Assembly (NCBI GenBank): GCA_050739575.1
Contig: JBOIBN010000004.1
Span: forward strand, 1 to 57,378
Direction of reading: 5' to 3'
Length of the DNA: 57,378 nt
DNA from: Gammaproteobacteria bacterium
GTDB taxonomy: Bacteria > Pseudomonadota > Gammaproteobacteria > JAKDMP01
Shown: positions 53,169 through 57,378 of the stretch, piece by piece
Numbering within the stretch: position 1 is the stretch's first letter
Layout of the letters: each line of letters begins with the position of its first letter
Notes under the pieces: model-generated
Told to the model about the DNA's origin: nothing
The model's database searches: none
Seen by the model: only the letters and a program-made list of their open reading frames with translations
Program-made: the position numbers and the translations under genes

Positions 53169-53747
53169 TCAAGGCACAGGGTAGCCCACCTCCCGAAGGA
53201 GGGATGCGGTGGCGATGAGCGGCAGGCCGATGAGTGCAGTGGGGTCTGAAGTTTCAATCCGCTCGCAGAGTGCGCTGCCGAGTCCCTCGAGCTTGAGCGC
53301 GCCGGCGCAGTCGAACGGCCGTTCGCGCTCGACATAGCGGGCAATTTCATCGGCACCGAACACACGCAACGTCACGTGACTGGTGTCGAGGTGCGTTGTG
53401 GGTTCCGCCGCGCCGGGAACGACAAGTGCGATGGCCGTCGAATACGTTACCGTCCGCCCCGACATGGCTTGCAGTTGGCGCCGGGCCTCGGCTTCGTCGC
53501 GCGGCTTACCGACAGGTTGCCCCACGACGCTCGCCAACTGATCACCCGCCAGCACCAGAGCGTCCGGCCGCCGGGCCGCGATCATGGCAGCCTTCAGTCT
53601 TGCCAGGCGCAGGGTTGCGGCGGAGACCTCTTCCCCGGGCGCCACGCGCTCGTCCACATCCGGCACGAGCACCTCGAAGGCGAATCCGAGTCGCACCAGA
53701 AGTTCACGCCGATAGCGCGAGCCCGAGGCCAGAATCAATGGGGGCAC
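53169..53747 (-). CDS. maf: Maf-like nucleoside triphosphate pyrophosphatase (YceF type)
   Basis: MPPLILASGSRYRRELL...: Maf family, 192 aa. Divergent from yceD, as E. coli yceF is. Confidence 0.9.
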   Translation of the reverse strand: MPPLILASGSRYRRELLVRLGFAFEVLVPDVDERVAPGEEVSAATLRLARLKAAMIAARRPDALVLAGDQLASVVGQPVGKPRDEAEARRQLQAMSGRTVTYSTAIALVVPGAAEPTTHLDTSHVTLRVFGADEIARYVERERPFDCAGALKLEGLGSALCERIETSDPTALIGLPLIATASLLREVGYPVP

Positions 53748-53786
53748 GACTTTGACTCGGGTTGATTCTCTATCTACGATAACGCC

Positions 53787-54296
53787 ATGAATCCATCCGC
53801 GCCCGCACGGTTGCCCCTCGAGGAACTCGCCGAAGGCGCCCGCGCCTGTGAGGGGCGCCTTGATGCCGCTGTGCTCGCACCGCGCATCGCCGAGGCGCTG
53901 GGTGTTTCCCAGGCCCGCGGCAGGATCGAATATGCATTTGAATTTTCGCCCGCTCCAACCGGAGCAGTGGCAATCACCGGAAACTTTCGAGCACGCCTCG
54001 AAGCGCAGTGCCAGCGCTGCCTCGAGCCCTTCGAATTAGTGCTCGATGTGCCAATCCGGCTACTGGTCCCCACTGGTGAGGAGGCCATCGAAGCGCCACC
54101 CGGCTGGGAACTCATCGAACCGGAAATGCATCCGCGACTCGCGGATCTGCTCGAAGCAGAGCTGCTCCTCGCCTTGCCGATGGCTCCGCTCCATGCGCCG
54201 GAGGATTGCCCCGCACGGCTGCCGCAGGCAACGCAGGAAGCCCGGACGCGGCCGTTTGCGGGACTCGCACAGACACGGCGCGAAGAGGGCGACTAG
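53787..54296 (+). CDS. yceD: YceD (DUF177) large-ribosomal-subunit accumulation protein
   Basis: 169 aa with a CQRCLEPF motif and an acidic C-terminus. Located upstream of rpmF. Its TAG stop at 54294-54296 overlaps the first two bases of the inserted element. Confidence 0.88.
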   Translation: MNPSAPARLPLEELAEGARACEGRLDAAVLAPRIAEALGVSQARGRIEYAFEFSPAPTGAVAITGNFRARLEAQCQRCLEPFELVLDVPIRLLVPTGEEAIEAPPGWELIEPEMHPRLADLLEAELLLALPMAPLHAPEDCPARLPQATQEARTRPFAGLAQTRREEGD

Positions 54297-54565
54297 AACC
54301 TGTCTCATAATCCCCCACGACCGCGACCGTGGCAATTTGGGTTCAGGGCGCGGCGCACCGAGCATGATGTACTTGCCGTACCTGAGCGAGGCGCAACAAA
54401 GCCCTGGGCCCAAATTGCCCGCTCCCCCACGGGGTTACGGCCGAAATACGCGGCTGCGTCGTTGCGCCGCTTGGCCGTACGGCAAGTACTGTCCTGCGCG
54501 GCGTGCCTCGCATCTGCGCATTTCGATCGGTAACGCGGTTCGCGCGGGATGATGAGACAGGTTCT
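54295..54565. mobile_element. MITE-like non-autonomous element (271 bp) with 20-nt terminal inverted repeats
   Basis: AGAACCTGTCTCATAATCCC (54295-54314) against GGGATGATGAGACAGGTTCT (54546-54565) is 19/20 complementary. Internal inverted repeats: 54331-54349 with 54401-54419 (17/19) and 54369-54381 with 54477-54489 (13/13). There is no credible ORF. It expands the normally short yceD-rpmF spacer to 319 nt. Confidence 0.6.
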
Positions 54566-54615
54566 GACACGCGGCTCACGGTACAATAGGCGGGCATTTG
54601 CAGTTTCCCAACCTC

Positions 54616-54801
54616 ATGGCTGTACAAAAATCCCGCAAAACCCCTTCGCGGCGCGGCATGCGGCGTGCGCACGATGCCCTCAAGGGTCCGACGCTTTCGC
54701 GCGATCCCACCACCGGCGAACTGCACCGGCGCCACCACGTCGGCATCGACGGTTACTACCGTGGGCGCAAGCTCGTGGACGTCGCTCCTTCCGAAGACTG
54801 A
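54616..54801 (+). CDS. rpmF: 50S ribosomal protein L32
   Basis: [22 protein letters not shown], canonical L32. Start taken at the internal Met. Confidence 0.95.
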   Translation: MAVQKSRKTPSRRGMRRAHDALKGPTLSRDPTTGELHRRHHVGIDGYYRGRKLVDVAPSED

Positions 54802-54862
54802 TCCCCGCGTGAGCCGGCGAGTACGCCGCAAGCGGCCTCCGGCAGCCTGCTAGGCCATTCGA

Positions 54863-55897
54863 ATGGCGTTCGAGGGGTCGGTGCGACTGGCGATTGACGC
54901 GATGAGCGGCGATCATGGACCTGCCATCAGCGTCCCCGCCGCGCTTGATGCGCTTGGCCAACACCCGGAACTCGCCGTCATCCTGGTCGGCGACCAGGAG
55001 ATACTGGCCCAAGCGCTTCAGGGCGCGAGCGAGACGCTGCGCGCGCGCATCGAGCTTCACCACGCGGCCGAGATCGTCACCATGGACGAATCGCCCACAC
55101 AGGCACTGCGCGGCAAACGCGACTCGTCCATGCGCGTTGCGATCAATCTCGTCAAGTCCGGCGCGGCAGCCGCCTGCGTATCCGCCGGCAATACCGGCGC
55201 GCTCATGGCCATCGCCCACTATGTGCTCAAGATGCTGCCCGGCATTGATCGGCCCGCCATCTGCTCGGCCATCCCCGCCTTCGGCGGCCATACCTACATG
55301 CTCGATCTCGGCGCCAACGCCGACTGCACGGCGGAGCATCTGGTCGAATTTGCCGTCATGGGCTCGGCACTGGTCGCCGCATTGGAGAACAATCCCGCCC
55401 CCAAGATCGGCCTGCTCAACATCGGCGAGGAGGAGATCAAGGGCAACGAGCGGGTAAAACAGGCGGCGCAGTATCTTGCCCAATCGGGGCTGAACTACCA
55501 AGGCTACGTCGAGGGGCATCACATCAGCGCCGGCACGCTGGACGTCATCGTCACCGACGGCTTCGCCGGCAACGTCGCGGTCAAGACCATCGAGGGTACG
55601 GCGAAATTCATCGGCCGGATGCTGCGCGAGGAGTTCACCCACAACGCCTTGAGCCGCATGGAGGGGCTCGCCGCCCGGCCGACGCTGCTGCGCCTGCAAT
55701 GCCGGCTCGATCCGCAGCGCTATAACGGCGCGAGCTTCCTCGGCCTGCGCGGAATTGTGGTAAAAAGTCATGGTGGAGCGGATCGCATCGGCTTCGCAAC
55801 CGCCATCCGCGCGGCGCTGATGGAGGTTGAGCAGGCCGTGCCCGAACGCATCAGCCGGGTACTCTCAGAGGCCCACGTCTCGGGGATGGAAACATGA
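54863..55897 (+). CDS. plsX: Phosphate acyltransferase PlsX
   Basis: AIDAMSGDHGP and SAGNTGALMA motifs, 344 aa. rpmF-plsX-fabH order. Confidence 0.95.
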   Translation: MAFEGSVRLAIDAMSGDHGPAISVPAALDALGQHPELAVILVGDQEILAQALQGASETLRARIELHHAAEIVTMDESPTQALRGKRDSSMRVAINLVKSGAAAACVSAGNTGALMAIAHYVLKMLPGIDRPAICSAIPAFGGHTYMLDLGANADCTAEHLVEFAVMGSALVAALENNPAPKIGLLNIGEEEIKGNERVKQAAQYLAQSGLNYQGYVEGHHISAGTLDVIVTDGFAGNVAVKTIEGTAKFIGRMLREEFTHNALSRMEGLAARPTLLRLQCRLDPQRYNGASFLGLRGIVVKSHGGADRIGFATAIRAALMEVEQAVPERISRVLSEAHVSGMET

Positions 55898-56862
55898 CTT
55901 ACGCACGGATCATCGGCACCGGCAGTGCACTGCCCGAGCGCGTCCTGACCAATCATGATCTCGAGAGGATGGTAGCCACCAGCGATGAATGGATCCGCGC
56001 CCGCACCGGGATCGAGCGGCGCCACATCGTCGCGGACGGCGAAACCACGGCCGATCTCGCCGAGACCGCCACGCGCCGCGCCCTCGATGCAGCAGGCGTG
56101 CGTCCCGAAGAACTCGATCTCATCATCGTCGGCACCACTACGCCCGACTTCATTTTCCCCAACGTCGGCACGCTGATCCAGGACCGGATCGGCGCCAACG
56201 GCTGCCCCGCCGTGAGCTGCGAGGCGGCCTGTGCCGGCTTCATCTACGCCCTGAGCATCGGCGAAAAATTCATCCGCGTCGGCGAGGCCAAGCGCGTGCT
56301 CGTCGTCGGCGCCGAGACTCTCTCGCGCTTCACCGACTGGAGCGACCGCGGCACCTGCGTGCTCTTCGGCGACGGCGCGGGCGCCGTGGTACTCGCGCCT
56401 TCCGAAGAAACCGGCATCATCAAGACGCAGCTCTATGCCGACGGCCAGTACCGCGATCTGCTTTATTTCCCCTCCGGAATATCTTCGGGCTTCGACGCGC
56501 TGAAGTCCGGCGGCGACTTCGTGAAGATGCGTGGCAACGAAGTGTTCCGGGTGGCCGTGCGTGCCTTCATCGAATCCGCCGAGAAGATTCTCGCCGCAAC
56601 CGGCATGACGGCGGCGGATCTCGACTGGTTCGTTCCGCATCAGGCGAACCTGCGCATCATCGAAGCGGTGGCGAAGCGACTGGATCTTCCGATGGAGCGC
56701 GTTGTCGTGACCATCCAGGAACACGGCAACACCTCGGCCGCCTCGGTTCCGCTTGCCCTCGACGTCGCCGTGCGCGATGGCCGCATCAAGCGTGGACAGA
56801 CGCTCTTGTTCGAAGCCTTCGGCGGCGGCTTCACCTGGGGCGCCGCGCTTCTGCGCTACTGA
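55894..56862 (+). CDS. fabH: 3-oxoacyl-ACP synthase III
   Basis: Active-site Cys context EAACAGFIYAL, HQANLRII, and GNTSAASVPLAL. Its ATG overlaps the plsX stop (ATGA). Confidence 0.95.
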   Translation: MTYARIIGTGSALPERVLTNHDLERMVATSDEWIRARTGIERRHIVADGETTADLAETATRRALDAAGVRPEELDLIIVGTTTPDFIFPNVGTLIQDRIGANGCPAVSCEAACAGFIYALSIGEKFIRVGEAKRVLVVGAETLSRFTDWSDRGTCVLFGDGAGAVVLAPSEETGIIKTQLYADGQYRDLLYFPSGISSGFDALKSGGDFVKMRGNEVFRVAVRAFIESAEKILAATGMTAADLDWFVPHQANLRIIEAVAKRLDLPMERVVVTIQEHGNTSAASVPLALDVAVRDGRIKRGQTLLFEAFGGGFTWGAALLRY

Positions 56863-56964
56863 TCACGGCTCGCAAACACAAATTCCACTCCGACTGTGAT
56901 CCATTCCCGCGAGCGGTGCAGCTCAAAACGCCGCAACGTGTAACCCATGCCCTGGACTCGTTCG

Positions 56965-57251
56965 TTACCTATCTCCCCGACCGGTCTGTTCCGCACTGGA
57001 AATGATGGCTAATATCGCCCGAGCTACGGCTTGTTCATCTATCGTGGAAACGTCAATTGGCATAAACATATTCGGCAGCTTTTCGCAAACCTGTATTTGC
57101 AAGGGAATTGCCTCAAGCTCCAATAATTTTTGTGCAGGAGTGCGATCCCGTTTCAGGATCCGTTCGCGCAGAAGGGCCACGCCGCATGTGAGTCGAAAGT
57201 GAAAGAGCGGCAGACCGAAACGCTCAAGATTAGCGCGGTTACGCGCGTAGG
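56965..57251 (-). pseudogene. 5'-truncated ORF of unknown function, apparently interrupted by the IS
   Basis: The minus-strand frame is open from about 57275 down to the stop at 56965 (...YARNRANLERFGLPLFHFRLTCGVALLRERILKRDRTPAQKLLELEAIPLQ...TGRGDR). It has no convincing start other than an internal GTG at 57180. GC is lower than in fabH. I recognise no family. Confidence 0.35.
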
Positions 57252-57378
57252 TGGTAATCCCCCCCGAAAGTAGCGGTATTCAGAAGTAGAATTTTCTCTT
57301 ATTGGAGCGAGGAGGTTCTACGTGAAGAAGTTTCGATTCAGCGACAGTCAGATCATGGGCATTTTGAAGCAGGCCGAG
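57252..57378 (+). mobile_element. Left end of an IS3-family insertion sequence (continues beyond the window)
   Basis: It contains the transposase orfA start described in the next feature. The left boundary is a guess at TGGTAATCCCCCCC (57252), based on IS3-family ends starting with TG and lying about 60-100 nt upstream of orfA. Confidence 0.55.
57322..57378 (+). CDS. IS3-family transposase OrfA, N-terminal 19 codons (partial)
   Basis: GAGGAGG (57309-57315), then GTG, then KKFRFSDSQIMGILKQAE. This closely resembles the conserved MKK.RF..EQI..IL.E.E N-terminus of IS3-family OrfA helix-turn-helix proteins (IS407/IS3 groups). Confidence 0.7.
   Translation, partial: MKKFRFSDSQIMGILKQAE

Noticed and set aside
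54305-54586. ORFs of 93-168 aa on both strands inside and across the MITE-like element (54046-54552, 54305-54586, 54343-54831)
   Set aside because: They run through inverted-repeat sequence, overlap yceD or rpmF, and encode Arg/Cys/Pro-rich peptides with no motifs. The element is too small to encode a transposase.
57252-57270. Shared 9-mer TAATCCCCC between the MITE left repeat (54307-54315) and the putative IS3 left end, suggesting the IS could be the MITE parent
   Set aside because: The sequences flanking the 9-mer do not align on either side and the IS end itself is only guessed. The match is most likely chance. The same applies to ACCTGTCTCA at 49283-49292 in the rne leader.

Overview
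GC-rich chromosomal segment (about 63-66% GC by my hand counts on sampled 60-nt lines) with gammaproteobacterial-type gene order. It is almost wall-to-wall core housekeeping genes in well-known syntenic blocks: pilQPONM divergent from mrcA (PBP1A); gltA; rpmE; hemW divergent from pepN-argS-SPOR; PEBP-family gene; envC-like M23 gene; otsB-otsA-glk-GT2; purH-fis; accC-accB-aroQ-dsbD-cutA; groES-groEL with a sigma-32 promoter and terminator; TPP riboswitch-thiC; lolC-lolD-lolE; comEC-msbA-lpxK-ycaR-kdsB-ptp; rne divergent from rluC; maf divergent from yceD-rpmF-plsX-fabH. I saw no rRNA, tRNA or CRISPR array. Accessory or anomalous material is confined to short islets: (1) a 271-bp MITE-like element with 20-nt terminal inverted repeats, inserted exactly at the yceD stop codon; (2) a lower-GC 746-aa SBBP beta-propeller repeat protein inserted between rluC and maf; (3) a break of the fab cluster after fabH, with a truncated ORF and the start of an IS3-family transposase at the window edge; (4) a decayed RHS/YD-repeat fragment plus an orphan lipoprotein between groEL and thiC; (5) a ~35-42% GC islet encoding a 95-aa three-TM protein downstream of a four-gene, translationally coupled otsB-otsA-glk-GT2 operon; (6) an AT-rich spacer with a DnaA-box/IHF/GATC cluster next to rpmE. 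I did not find a convincing multi-gene novel system such as a defence island. The items above are the best candidates for follow-up and are graded accordingly. Many long ORFs in the track are antisense artefacts of high GC and are rejected.
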